Shown here piece after piece: positions 43,193-55,793 of a DNA stretch of 64,000 bases. The translations under genes were made by a program, and so were the position numbers. The DNA comes from Strigamia acuminata (lineage: Eukaryota). Where the stretch lies: NCBI GenBank assembly GCA_949358305.1, contig OX442314.1:26102001-26166000 (forward strand). Reading direction: 5' to 3'. Below the pieces are notes generated by a model, which did not search any database, was not told where the DNA came from, and saw only the letters and a list, made by a program, of their open reading frames with translations. Position 1 is the first letter of the stretch. Every line of letters starts with the position of its first letter.

Positions 43193-46100
43193 TACGTCTA
43201 CCTTACCAAAAAATTGTATAATTCTAACTGTAACTGTCATTAATATTTCCATTGTGCATCAAATGAAAAAAAAATCTAATGCTGCCTTGCTTATAAAATA
43301 CTTGCAAAGCATGCCTCTGCAAGTGAAAAAGAGCCTATTCATACTTAAAGCTGAATGATGCATTAGTTATGTTCTTTTGTTGATCCCCTGCTTTGTTTCT
43401 GTTTACAACTTGCAAGGTACAGCAAAATTAAAGACTTAAAAGATAAACACCACACAGAAAGCCAAAATTTCAACGCAACAATAAATAAAAAAATCAGCTA
43501 AACTAAAGCAAACTTCTTCTTCTATTAGGAATCTTACAAAACCCAACAAGAAATAACGAATTTTCATTATACCGAGGTCATTTTCACGGTCCCCAGACTT
43601 GTTGAAACAAGATTTCTTTCTGCACTCACTGTCTCGACGCGAAGCAACAGGAAATCCACGCACGAAGCGCCGCGCATATATTTATGCGCATCGGAAACAA
43701 TTGAAAATTTTCAATTTGCTCACACGTATGTGTGAGGATGACACGTTTTGCCTGTTCGCATTGCACCAATGTAAACCAGTCTGCAAACTCGCACTTTTGA
43801 TTTCACAAAGACCAAAATTACACATTTTCTTCTTCGGTGCCTACACCAGCTTCAAAATTCTCAAGATGATTACAAAAATTGAATATTTAGCTACGAAATG
43901 ATGCAAAACATCAATCGTACAAATTAGGTGACGTGGTTCTTAACCTTTACGAAGTCAAGCACCCCTAAGATTCTCAAAAACGTTTCACGCAACCCTGTAA
44001 AAAAATGTTAAATATTTACGTACCCTAGATAATTACTATGTTTACATGTACCCAGTTATCTGGAGAAGTAAAAATGCAAATTTTACTTTTCTGGAAAACT
44101 GATCATGTAAACGAAACAGTTTTCCTGAAAAGACAGACTCAGCAAACAAAATTCCAGTTGTACGAGGTAGATTTTGGATGTTTAGCGCATTAATAACTGC
44201 ATGTAAACAGTCGTGCATGCAAAAATTAAAAACTTCAATCGGAATATCATGAATCGTTGTAGTAACGGTACCAACAACACTTAGTACCAAAAACGAGCTA
44301 AAAACACGATTTCCTTGGTCAGAATTTGATTTGTTTAGGGGCTGAAATAGATCAACAACCATTTTGTTGTTCCAGATAATCAAAATGCATTATGGGTAAT
44401 TCACAAGTGGCGTCATGTTTACCAGAAAACTACGGACATGTAAACATGGTAAATGACTTTATTTGTTACTTTAAAAACGTCAAATAGATGTTATTTAATG
44501 TTTTAAACCAAAAAAAGTGATAATATCAGAAATGCTAAGTTTTTAGCACAACTGCTCGCGCCATGTAACCCTGGTTAAAAACCACTGTCATACAGCATCT
44601 ACCAATAAATGCCGTTGCTTATGGTTCGACCAATTACGGTACCATAAATTCAGTACTTTAAAGAAAAAACCGTCAGGTGGCGTGCCGAAAATTGGGGCTT
44701 TTTGCAACATTAACAATTCTCGCTGTTCGGGTCTGCCATATTATTTAAAAGTGCATGGCTGTTGCATAAATTCAAACCACAATAGGTGCATTTAAAACCA
44801 GTTGACTTTAGTGCTTTTTTTCCTTTCTTTTCTGCTTCATTTCCCAACACAGGAAGTGAAGTCATCATCATTAAGTGACTTGACTTAAAAACTGGGGAGC
44901 TGTTTTTTCATCCATTTTTATTTACATCACTATCATTCTTGTATTTAAATCTGACATTTGCAATTTCTTTGAAAACAATCCAGTCTTTTAAATTAACTGC
45001 AATTTTTTCTCTTCTTTTTTTTCTTCTCATTAAAAGCATCAACTCATTCCACCCACTTACTGTCATCTCTTCAATGTTTCATGAGATTTAAATGATGTTT
45101 GATGTTTTCATTTGCCTTTTTTAAAATTCATATTACCTTACCTTTCTCTTCCCATCGTACATTCCAAGCAATTTAAAGTGAAAATTAGACTCATAAATAA
45201 ATTAACTTTCTGCTGCCATGTTATTCTTAATTTTCTCCATTCTTTTCTCCAAACGAATCGCGATATAACGAATTATCAATATAACGAATACCTAAAACTG
45301 CCTGGTTTGGTTGGCTGGCCATAGAACACCATGTTAAAAAATTTCAATATAATGAATTCTCGTTATAACAAATCGATTTTCCGTGTCCCTTGCGATTCGC
45401 TATAAAGAGTCTCGACTGTATTTCCATATTTCTTTGATTCTAAGACTCCATGGATTGTAAGACGCACAACATTTTTAGAGATCTTTACTTGAAGAAAAAG
45501 TTCGTCTTAGAATCGAAAAAATACGGTTGTAGGTATTTTCTCAGACTACAAACTATCATTCTCCAGTCACACACAACTTGTGTTGTCAATAAGTTACAAA
45601 ATATAATGGGCTTCTTAAAACACCAAGGGAGTTCCTGACATGTGTGGCATGCTATTGGTTAACTAATCCAAAGTACAAACTGCTGTCTTTGATAAGTCCA
45701 CCATTTGGTCTACTACAAGGTCAGACTACCAATTAATAAATAAATCATAGATAAGACGATTCATCTCAATCTCATCCACAAAACAAACTGTAAAGAAAGA
45801 TTTGAATAAAGCTGAAATTTCTCAAATTAGTAGCATCAAATGAAAAGGTCTGTAGTTAATGACGGTCTATCAGCGATTTGCTCTTGGCATCCCACGCATT
45901 AAACGATTACAGTGAACCCTGTATCGGCAACCACCTGTCAAACAGACTGTTGTCGTTTTCCCCATAAGGGTAATGCATAAGCGCCCTCTATTCATATTGA
46001 CAGGGATGCATTCAAAAATGATTAATTTCAATTAAAATTAAAAAAAATTAATGCTTTTATTTATTTTCGCCTTCAATTAGGAATTTCAAACCCTAATTAC

Positions 46101-48954
46101 ATAACTCAATAACACATATGCTGATTAAGACAATCTCTCATGTTGTATTGTTATCCTGGCGCTGAGACATTGTTCATCATGAATTCAAATAAACAATAAA
46201 CCGATTCACATTCATTCTGGATCAAAAAACCTTGCGTTTGCATTTTCTACCTAAAATCTCTTTTAAGGCTGACAACTGTATGAAACCTAGAGTTCACGCC
46301 CAGTTTCTTGAAGCCAAACTCAAACTGTACATCACATTCTGCACATGCATTTAACGTGGCAATTCCCAAGCTTGTTGCACACAAAGGAAATAACGCAACA
46401 ATATTTTGCTACCATGTTGCAAATTACTTTCGCTAATTTGTTTATTGTTGTTTGTGTATACATTTTAGCATTATTGGACTTAATATTAGGCTTAGTACTG
46501 CTAAATAATAACTGGAATTTAGAAAATCATCTGCGCAGAATGAGATGCCCGTACCACAGTAGAGCGTTGATTATCCGAACGTCAGTCATGCGAACGACTG
46601 ATTAACCGAACAGCGATGTTCGATTTTTTTACTCAACTTTATTCAATTTTTTACTATTTTATTCAATTTTTTATTCGGAATTCATTCAATTTGTACCTTG
46701 ATTTTATAAGTTTTAAATCGATCTTATGTTTTCATATACCTTACACTATGTTTTAACCTAAGGACCAATTATGTGAACAAATCAGTTTTATGAACACCCA
46801 TCTCTCCCCATCAGTTCAGATAATCGACACTCTACTGTACTGTTACTTCTAAGCTAGTTTGTTGCCACTAAATTTGGAGCGGCTAATAATTAGATTCTTT
46901 CAAAATTCAAGTAACGAGCTGCTTATTTCGATTTCTTTGCTTACGCTAACATTTTGCATATAAAAAAATGCAATTTCTGTAAACAAACACGTAAATCAAA
47001 AAAATCAAAATAAAGCATTAGGATTGAAATTAGGAATGCACATGTTATCAACAACAAGTGAAATCAAATGGTGAAACATAAAAATAAAGATTCAAAGATT
47101 AATCTTAACGATACCTAGCTGGCAAAAAGCTAAACATGCAACAGGAAACAGATGTACATAAAATTCTATCTGCAACCTGGCAATGGGAGATCCCAATTAC
47201 ACATAAAACACCGGTTTAGCAGGTCAACGACAAAATACAAAATTTTAACAGTCGAAGAAGACTGGCTGACTTGGCGGAGATGCAAAGTTTAACTGCTTTC
47301 TGGACAATTTTCCCGAAATATAAAATCCTATCAACAATCATTCGATGTAATCACCAAAGTTTAAACTGGACTATGATACAGTATTACTTCGATTAAAAGC
47401 TACAGTTCTTATTCCAAATCACCGCTGTCGGCAGCCGACAGATGACAATAATCCCAGCGAGATACTGGGAATTTCCAGGTATAAATTTGTTCCCGTGGCC
47501 CGACCTGCCCAGATTTCTCGGTACTAAATTTGTTCCCAGTCCAGCCCTGTTCAAATACTAACCCCAGGTAAAAAAAAAAAAAATTGAAATGCATCGAATA
47601 ATAGCCTGAAAGTGTAGGCACCCTCGAATTACAGCCGCAGCTATTATTCGAGCAACTACAAATCGAGTGCGACTCTTAATCGAAGAAATACGGTATTAAG
47701 TTTTAAAGCTAGTATCGAAGAATGAGAAAACATTTCAACTTCAAATTGTTTTCCTAAATAAGCAAAAATATTGCTATCATGTGATGTTCGGGGTCAAAAT
47801 AAAATCCTGCAGTCAGCACTCTCTATTTGCAAAGTCGTAAACAACTTTTATTTCTCTGCTAGAAGCCAGTCTTAGCCAATCTTAAAAAATAAAAATATAA
47901 AAATTATGAAAATTAATTTTTTTTCAGATAAAATATTAGCACTACTTAATAACTTTCTTAGAGGATCCTTATCTAGACTTTCAATAAACTTTAGTTATGA
48001 GTCAAAATCTAAAAATATAAAATTATATATAAAAAAAATTATTACCTTAGAGGTTATGTTAATACCATAAATTCAACACTAAAGCCACAACCATCACATT
48101 TCAAACTTTATAACCTGTCTTAAAATTGTTATTTCACCCACAAGAAAATATTAAATTTTTTTTTTCAACTCAGAAATTCCATTCATCATATATCAACAAA
48201 AAGGAATTTCTTATTTTTATTATTTTTCTATTTTTTTTTTATTTTTATTTATTTATTAATTTTTTTTTTGAAAATTTAATTGGGAAATAAATTAAATCTT
48301 AGACTTTCTTCCTCCACCAACCCAAAAAAATGACCTGCAAACCTGATAACTAAGTTTCCTCATTTCTCTCCACCAAATTGCATATTTATACACATAAAAA
48401 AAATAATAATTAAAAAATAAAAAATAAAAATTCATTACCAACTCCCTACTTATTATGTAAGAAACACAAACTAACTTTCACGGCCAAAATTCAAATTTCC
48501 CAACTTTTTCCAACCCCCACCAACAAAACCCCCCAAAAAAATAATAAACAAAACTTTTCCACCTCTAAATACAACCACAAACCCAAAAAAAACCAAACAA
48601 ATCCAAATTTAAATGACAAAACATGGAAACAAGTGAAAATAAAAACTAAAACAAAAAATAAATTTCTAAACAAAAATTCGAATTTTTCATTTCCCCAACA
48701 TTTCTCACAGAAACCCTCTAAAATTCCATGCCAGACCACATTCTTAAAAAATCTCCCACTTATCTGTCAGAACAAGTTCAAACAAAAGTTATTTTCACCG
48801 TGAAATAATAAATAAAAGTCAGATACGAAGCGAATCGTGCGTTAACCGTCGAGTACTAATACTAAACACAACACGCGCACTGCTTTTGTCAACAAGCACA
48901 AAAACCAGCATTTCTCACTAAAACAGGCGTTACACCTCGTCCATTTCCACTTAC

Positions 48955-49200
48955 CCGTTCATTTTACGTTTCACTCTGCTAACGTGGCCACGATTCGAAG
49001 CTGGAATCACAAAAAGAAGAAGAAAGTCCGTATGACTGCCACTAACAGCCCCCACAATGTCCACAGCCTGGCTCCAAGATGGCAGGAAATGTGAATGACA
49101 CCGACCTCCGGTGATAAGTTTCGCAATTAACACGAATGGGCGGGATTTTATGACGTCCTATGACGTTGCGCTACATGATTGGTTGGAAATCGCATGATGT
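48955..49200 (-). promoter_or_regulatory. Putative promoter and first exon of a large minus-strand gene
   Basis: CCAAT, two TGACGT and GGGCGGGA at 49137-49192; Inr-like TCATTC at 49093-49098; YY1-like GCCATCTT just downstream; aaaATGAACGG|GTAAGT donor at 48954. Confidence 0.6.
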
Positions 49201-49593
49201 AACCGTTTGAGATTTTTAAAGTGCATTTTTCTGTGAATTCGCGAAGAAATAAAAAGATATTTGAATGAGTACTTGTTTATTTCCACTTGGACGATTTATA
49301 CTTCCACTTTTTAAATGCATGACGTACCAAAGGCGATCAATTACATCGAAAACAAAAAAGTTGAACCTAAATCCACTCATCTACATGTCTCGAAAATTCA
49401 TCTAAAGAGATCTGCGAACTGACCATTCAACGACTTAAAAAATGTACAATTTAAGTATTGCATCGAGCATTTGCCACGAAAACCATAACAGCGAACAATA
49501 AATTAAACTACAAAAAAAAGATTTATCACAAAAAAAAACCAAAAAAAAAAGAAAAACCAAAAAAAATCCAGTTATTATTTTTGCACAAAATTT

Positions 49594-52593
49594 TCAAGAT
49601 TCAGACGAACTAGTCCACCTCATCAACGCAACTTTCATTCGATCGTAAACAGCTTCCCACGAATCCAGAGCGGGTCTTACGTCGAGGATGGTAAAATGAC
49701 CAGTTTCTACGTTAACTGGTCCTCCGTCGTAATAATCGATCACGTATCGCACTTCTTTGCCACAACGATCGATGACCCAGTCGTGTCGATCAAACGGCAG
49801 CTCATACCTAATAAAAAATAAATAAAATTGATAAATAAGTACACAAATAATTAACAGGAGCATTCATAAAGTCTTAACTCGCAATTAGACAATTTTTGTG
49901 GTTTAAATGTCCACTATACAACTGAAAACAGACTAAATCGGCCGCCATGTTTTAAGTTACCGTATATACTCGCATGTAATGCAAACTTGTAGTTTTCTAA
50001 GAAATAAGCTCGAAAATGGCATGTCCACTTATAATGCAAACTTTTAATCTTGTTCCGTAACATTCTTAATAATGCAAAACAAATTAGCGAAAGGAAAATT
50101 TATCTATTTAAAATAAAACGTAAAATGTTGGCTCATTTTCAGGTTTATTTATCGAATAACTGTATTAATATCCACATACAGTCGAAACTCTTTATACCGA
50201 ATCGCAAAGGACTCGAAAAATTGATTCGTTATTACGAGAATTCGTTATCTCAAAATTTTTCAACATTTTTAGGTATTCGTTACATCGATAATTCGTTAAT
50301 TGCGATTCGTTATAGAGAGTTACGACTGTATATCCATATTTGAGCACTACGTGTAATGCAACCCCCTAACTTTAATGCGAGTATATACGGTAGATCGCGA
50401 TAAGCGATTGAAATTTGTTGCTTAAACATAAAAATGCTGTTTAGTCTAGATGACTTTATGAATGCTTCTAGTTCAAACGACAAATCGGGATAAATTACCC
50501 CAACCAGGATCGGATTCTGGCCCTGGGCGAGTATTCCTTCGCTTTTCCGCCAAATCTCTTGAGTTGTGGTGACATGCATTCCCTGGAATTGAATTTTAGA
50601 AATTAATATAAAATTTTATTTCACTTTTTAATTTATTTCTGTTTTTTATCAATTTGTGCTCTGCCACGCTGCAAGTATTCGGAATTTGTTTTATACCACC
50701 CGTTGGAATTCTCCATTTCATATTTCAATGGAGGATACATGGCATTAATTAAAGACGATCGATTAAACAAAACTGTGGAGACGTATTATGATAATTTGGC
50801 ACTTGGTGCGGAACATAAATAAGGAGCCTCGAGGTGCAATGGCCATTGAGTACGTGGCAGATTTTTCCTCGAAATAAATGATGCATTTTTAGGCATAAAA
50901 CTGTCCGAAATAGCTGCAAAAATGTACAATTTAAAACAAAACAAAATTCATTTTAGAAGAAATTCTTTCAGTATTAAAACAAATTTTTAAAAAATTTAAA
51001 TTTTTGGCATAAAAATCTATTTTTAAGCGCAGAAACAGCCTGTTTAGGTGTCTAAATGCATCAGTTGTTGACAAAAATGTATCTTTGCAGCCATAATAAA
51101 TCGGACTCTACTGAAATTGCATTTTCTAGTTGCAAAATTGCATTTACTACCATAGTTGCAAAAATGCATTTACTAGATGTAAAAATGCATTTACTAGTTG
51201 TAAAAATGCATTTACTAGTTGTAAAAATGCATTTACTAGTTGTAAAAATGCATTTATTAATTGAAAAAAATGCATTTATTACTTGAAAAATGCATTTGTT
51301 GCAATTTATTACATTTTTTAGTTGCAAATAATGTACCTGAAAGTACAAATAAGCTCAAGGGACAATAAAATAAAATAAAATATCATTAATAAACAAACAT
51401 TTGATATTTTCCCGTCTGCCCAAAAAGCGCCACAGCAGCAACTGCCAGAGACACATTGGTCATTTGCCTGATCAACACGAATGATGCCACTGTTTAACTC
51501 CTCACCTGCAACGAGCATGCTTCAAACTAAACCTCAATTCCTTATCAGAAGCAAGACCGTCGAAAATTATAAACACAGCGAACTAATTTCGCTCATTTAA
51601 AACAAAACGTCAAAACAATTCCCACAGGTCTCCCATTTTTGTACGTAAATGTGACGCTTTAGCAATAATATTATTTAAAAAACATGCCTCATTCATGTCT
51701 GAATAATATTAAAATTCAGCGAATTTAAAATACCAAATAAATTTTCCTTTTCATTAATTAAATAATCATAAATTTCTTTCTGACAAAAAAACAAATTTCA
51801 GACAAAAATGAATCACACTCGACACATTGCAAAACAATCTAACAAAATTAACGAAAACGAAACGTTAAAACACCACTAATCCTCCGAAAACATCATCAAA
51901 ATTGCCAAACCAAACCACCAAAATCGTGAATATTAACTTTGCATGAAGCGCCTCCCATTTCAAGACTTCTCTCCACGCCAATTCATTATTCACGTTGTGT
52001 ATTCGAACGATGTGCGCCATGTCATCCGGAGTAATATCGCTCGTTTGCCAGCGCCAACCTTTTCGCAACATTGCATTCCAAAACATCTATAAAAAATAAA
52101 AAAAAAATCACCCATCAACACCCGATTTTTATCCACAACAATATTTACCTGTTGCGAAGGATATACCCACGTGTCATCAGTTCCTGCTCTAGGAATATTC
52201 GACACTTCTCGTTCCACGGGTAAAGTAAACGGTTGTCCGGGACTGGGTCGTTGGTTTGGCGCCGGCATCTAAAAAAAAATAAAAAATGTAAAATTAAAAA
52301 TTAATTTTTTAGTAAAATAATTTTCTCGATTTATTCTGTGCGATTGATATTACCATGTTGGAGAGGTTGATGTCATCACCCGATTCTAATTGTTGTCCTT
52401 TGGCCATGTGGATGGGGCATCCGCTCGGTACTTGCCCACTGGATTCGTATTGTTGGAAGGATTTGTTCATGGGACATTGCGATGCTGCGTGTTTTTGAGG
52501 TTGAGTTGGTTTTGAATCGTTTGGTTTTATACCGTGAATTATATCGGTAGCTGTAGAATGAGCTGTTGCAGCCGTCGAAACGTTCGCTCCCAT
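49594..52593 (-). CDS. HCCS: Holocytochrome c-type synthase (cytochrome c heme lyase), 5 coding exons: 52354-52593, 52149-52268, 51938-52086, 50499-50582, 49594-49807; 807 nt, 268 aa
   Basis: Spliced translation gives the family motifs [93 protein letters not shown] and LDVRPALDS. All four introns are GT..AG with compatible phases (0,0,2,2). AATAAA on the minus strand at 49276-49281. Confidence 0.97.
49960..50390. mobile_element. MITE in the last HCCS intron, with a nested family B MITE (50179-50328)
   Basis: Perfect 16-bp TIR CCGTATATACTCGCAT with TA flanks. Confidence 0.85.
51110..51330. repeat. 21-bp minisatellite (AAAAATGCATTTACTAGTTGT) in HCCS intron 3
   Basis: Tandem units read directly. 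Confidence 0.92.
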
Positions 52594-52862
52594 TTTGCTT
52601 TTGGTGATCGCGGATGATCTCGGGATCCGGAACTTGTTCTAGTTTATGTTCGGGCTCGGTTTGTTGAAAAGGTGAAGTTTGAAACGAAATCGATTTGTAC
52701 TTGTGGCGCTAATTTTAAATCACGCATTTATAGTATTGATTTGGTTTATTTTTTTGTGAACAGTCAAAAAAAAATAATATAATAATAATATCCAAGAACT
52801 AAACGAATTTTTTTTTTTATAAATTTAAAATTTCAATATTATGAATAATCAATTTAAACAAA

Positions 52863-53601
52863 TCAGTCTTCATCCTCTTCAGTGTCTGTACGAACTCTGA
52901 CATTTAGGTATGGAACAGAGGTTCGGTCTAAAATCGATGGAACGTTGACAAATATCTAAAAAAAACAATTTTTTAAAAAAAAAATCAAGATTTTGAAGTA
53001 AATCAATAATCACCCGTACTACATTCATTAACACAACTACAGATGGAAGATGGGAGGCATGACCAGGAGAAAATGGCCTCAGGCAAAGAATGAGTACACT
53101 AAAAATGAAACAAACGTTAATTCAATCAAACCAAATCAATTTAATTTTTATGAACTCCATACCTCTTCAGCATCTGTACGAACCCTCTGACAATTACGTG
53201 TGGAACAGAGGTTCGGTCTAAAATCGATCGAACGTTGACAAATATCTAAAAAAAACAATTTTTTAAAAAAAAAATCAAGATTTTGAAGTAAATCAATAAT
53301 CACCCGTACCACATTCATTATCGCAACTACAGATGGAAGATGGGAGGTACGGCCAGGAGAAATTCAATCAAACCGAATCAATTTAATTTTTATGAACTCC
53401 ATACCTCTTCAGCGTCTGTCTGAACTGAAAAGAGGTTCGGCGGTTCGGCCTAAAATCCATGAATGTTAAAATATATGTTTTCGGCTGGTTTGCGATGTGT
53501 TGTTGGATTCCCGCTGTTTTTACTAATAGTACCATGCCATGTGACTTTAATGAAAATTTGTTGATGTTTGCACCAAATACGTCAGTTATTGGGGTTGCCA
53601 T
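52863..53601 (-). pseudogene. Decayed tandem exon array encoding a Cys-rich repeat (~290-bp period)
   Basis: Exons 53405-53601, (53304-~53362), 53163-53245, 53014-53098, 52879-52955, separated by 58-64 nt GT-AG introns with matching phases (0/1). Three lesions: an 8-nt duplication, a deleted acceptor and a 2-nt deletion. Confidence 0.6.
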
Positions 53602-54114
53602 CTAGTGATAAAATTGAATAAGTTCTAATTTAACTTGGTTTTTATTTTTAAAATTTTAATTTTGTTTTTAATGGATCAATTAAAGACTTAAAAACTGGCT
53701 TTAATGATTTATAAACTTTATTTAATCATTAAGAAACGTGATTTAGTGATTTAGAACTTGATTTAAAAGATTTAAAAAGTGCATTTTGAAGAAATGATTT
53801 AGAAACGGCACTTGATGATTTTGTTGCTTCAATGACTCTGAAACAGCATTTTTCCTATTTTAAATTTAGCCACTGCATCTGTTTATTTTTATGTAAACAA
53901 GTTACAGGCGTCGACTTCCGCATTCGGCATGCATTATTTACATTACGGCGTGACATCTAGTGTTTTAATACTCAATTACCTGTATTGTAAATCCCACTTC
54001 TCTGACCTAGATAAAAGAACGAATTTGAAACTAATAATAATAACAATAATAACGCCATCCAAAAAATCAAATAAAAAATGCAGCCCAGTTAGCCCAATGG
54101 TAAAGATGGCCCTG

Positions 54115-54378
54115 GCAACCGGAAGTAACCGCGGATACGACGAACTAGTCCCACACCACGTAACGAAATAAATTCTAAAAAAAAATGATTTTAATTGAAT
54201 TTTGACTGATTTTTAACTCTAAAAGATCCACGTCGTGAACGAAATTCGAATGTACCCATCGTGGCTCGACGAACCAAACCCGGACCGGAAGTTCATGAGC
54301 TCAAAAACCGGCATCGTTGCAGGAAAACGTGCCCTAAATCTGTTGCATAGCGAGTTGGGACGGAGCGGCTTTAACCAA
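54115..54378 (+). pseudogene. AGL: Orphan two-exon fragment of glycogen debranching enzyme (exons ~54115-54159 and 54226-54378)
   Basis: Spliced peptide [28 protein letters not shown]...[25 protein letters not shown]| matches the conserved AGL segment recalled as SGSTRGYDELVPHQISVV.E.R.Y..W...SGII.A..A...LH.ELG..GF.Q. 66-nt GT-AG phase-0 intron. No flanking AGL exons recognised. Confidence 0.8.
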
Positions 54379-54755
54379 GTAAATTAGGGAAAATGTAATT
54401 TTTGACGTAAAGCGGCGTGCAGGCGTGACATACCCTATATTTCCTCCTTTTCGAGTGAAAATGCGGTCTATCGGGACTAAAATCCATGAAATGTTCAAAA
54501 CAAAAGTTGATTTTCTAGATGAGTGTTTTGAAGATGTCATGGATTTTAGTCTATCGCTGAACGACGTGTTATTCCACGCGCGATATGCCGTTGCGCGACG
54601 TCGCACTCGGTCATACGCGCAGTAGTTGCAACTGCGACGCCGCGCGTAGACGTGTTATCAGTATTTCCTGGTGCACAATAATGATTTCAACAACAAAACC
54701 TCATGCTAGTATACTGCTATTCGCGTCACGTTTGGACAATGTATTCTATGGACTG

Positions 54756-54864
54756 TGCTTTTGGTGATCGTAGATGATCCCGGGATCCAGATCTTGTTCT
54801 AGTTTATGTTCGGGCTCGGTTTGTTGAAAATGTGATTCGTACTTGTGGCGCTAATTTTAAATCA
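54756..54864. repeat. Direct duplicate of HCCS 5' leader (52596-52722)
   Basis: tgcttttggtgatcg..gatgatc.cgggatcc.ga.cttgttctagtttatgttcgggctcggtttgttgaaaa..gtacttgtggcgctaattttaaatca is present at both sites. The distal copy has an internal deletion of ~18 nt. Confidence 0.92.
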
Positions 54865-55780
54865 TGTGTCGTATGGCAACTGTTGGCTGCTCATACATTT
54901 CTGTGGGGCAACTGTTGGCCATCCATACATCTCTGTGGGACACTTCAGTGAGGCACTTTGATTGGTCAGCCTCGTTTTGAACATTCAGATACCTGCTGTG
55001 ACACCTGTGATGTGACTAAGTGATGAGTCACCAATTCCAGGAATACATGGAACCAATCGGCAAAAGGGATTAAGCAGAGGAGGAGCTTGGTGAGTCATCA
55101 ACTCTCTGTTAAGCATGGAAAATGGCATTGGTGATGACACTATTGGGATTAACAAGGGTGGGAACTAACATTCCTGCACTTGTGAAAGAGATAGTGGAAA
55201 CACAGTGTGTGCAGAACAAGTTTGCAGTTAGATGTTGTCTTGACCAGTTCACCCAGAGAGCAGTTCCAAGCAGCCCAGACCAAGCAGTAGAAGTTAGGCC
55301 ACTTCAACCTGTTCCAAGCCAATTCTAAAGACCAACTAGAATTATGGATCCAGAGAAGACCTTCCTGAAACTTCAAGGAACCTTGGCTAAGAATCCAGAA
55401 TGCCACATCTAAGTAGAACATTGGAACATTCAGGGAGAAGCAGTGTGAAGTGTGTGTCTTTGTGTGTGAAGCAGACAAAGGAAAAGATCTGTGAGTACCA
55501 AATTTGCCACCATTTGCAATTTTTCTGTTTCTTGAATGTGTTAGATTTAACCAATGTTAGCTTTGTGTATTTGTAGTTTAGTTAGTATGGTATTATGTCT
55601 TGTAATTACATATACCATTTGGTAGTATTTGATAGTATTGTGTTAGGAATTTTGGTGTGAACCAGCCTTTTGTATAAAGGCAAATTAAATAAACTTTTGT
55701 TCTTTTCTATTTTCAACTTTCAATGTGTTTGCTTTATTTGAATCTAATTTCCACCGAGCCAAAGAACCCACTTTGCCACA
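54865..55780 (+). repeat. 5' LTR (~915 bp; start at 54865 or 54867)
   Basis: Begins TGT where similarity to the HCCS-leader duplicate stops. Ends ...GCCACA one base before the PBS. Contains CCAAT boxes, two TGAGTCA, AATAAA at ~55688 and a ~32-bp tandem duplication near its start. Boundary cannot be confirmed without the 3' LTR. Confidence 0.8.
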
Positions 55781-55781
55781 A

Positions 55782-55793
55782 TGGTGCCGTGAC
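55782..55793 (+). promoter_or_regulatory. Primer-binding site complementary to tRNA-His 3' end
   Basis: TGGTGCCGTGAC is the reverse complement of GUCACGGCA-CCA, the 3' end of animal tRNA-His(GUG). It lies 1 nt after the LTR-terminal CA. Confidence 0.9.

Noticed and set aside
53980..54006. Possible 27-nt minus-strand micro-exon (TAG|...|GTAATT) upstream of the Cys-rich array
   Set aside because: Splice sites are plausible but nothing independent links it to the array.
54100..54300. CCGGAAGT (ETS) and AAGATGGC (YY1) motifs suggesting a CpG promoter
   Set aside because: Both ETS motifs fall inside AGL-like coding sequence and are explained by codons.
55122..55478. Short ORFs inside the LTR
   Set aside because: No motifs; expected by chance in a higher-GC LTR.
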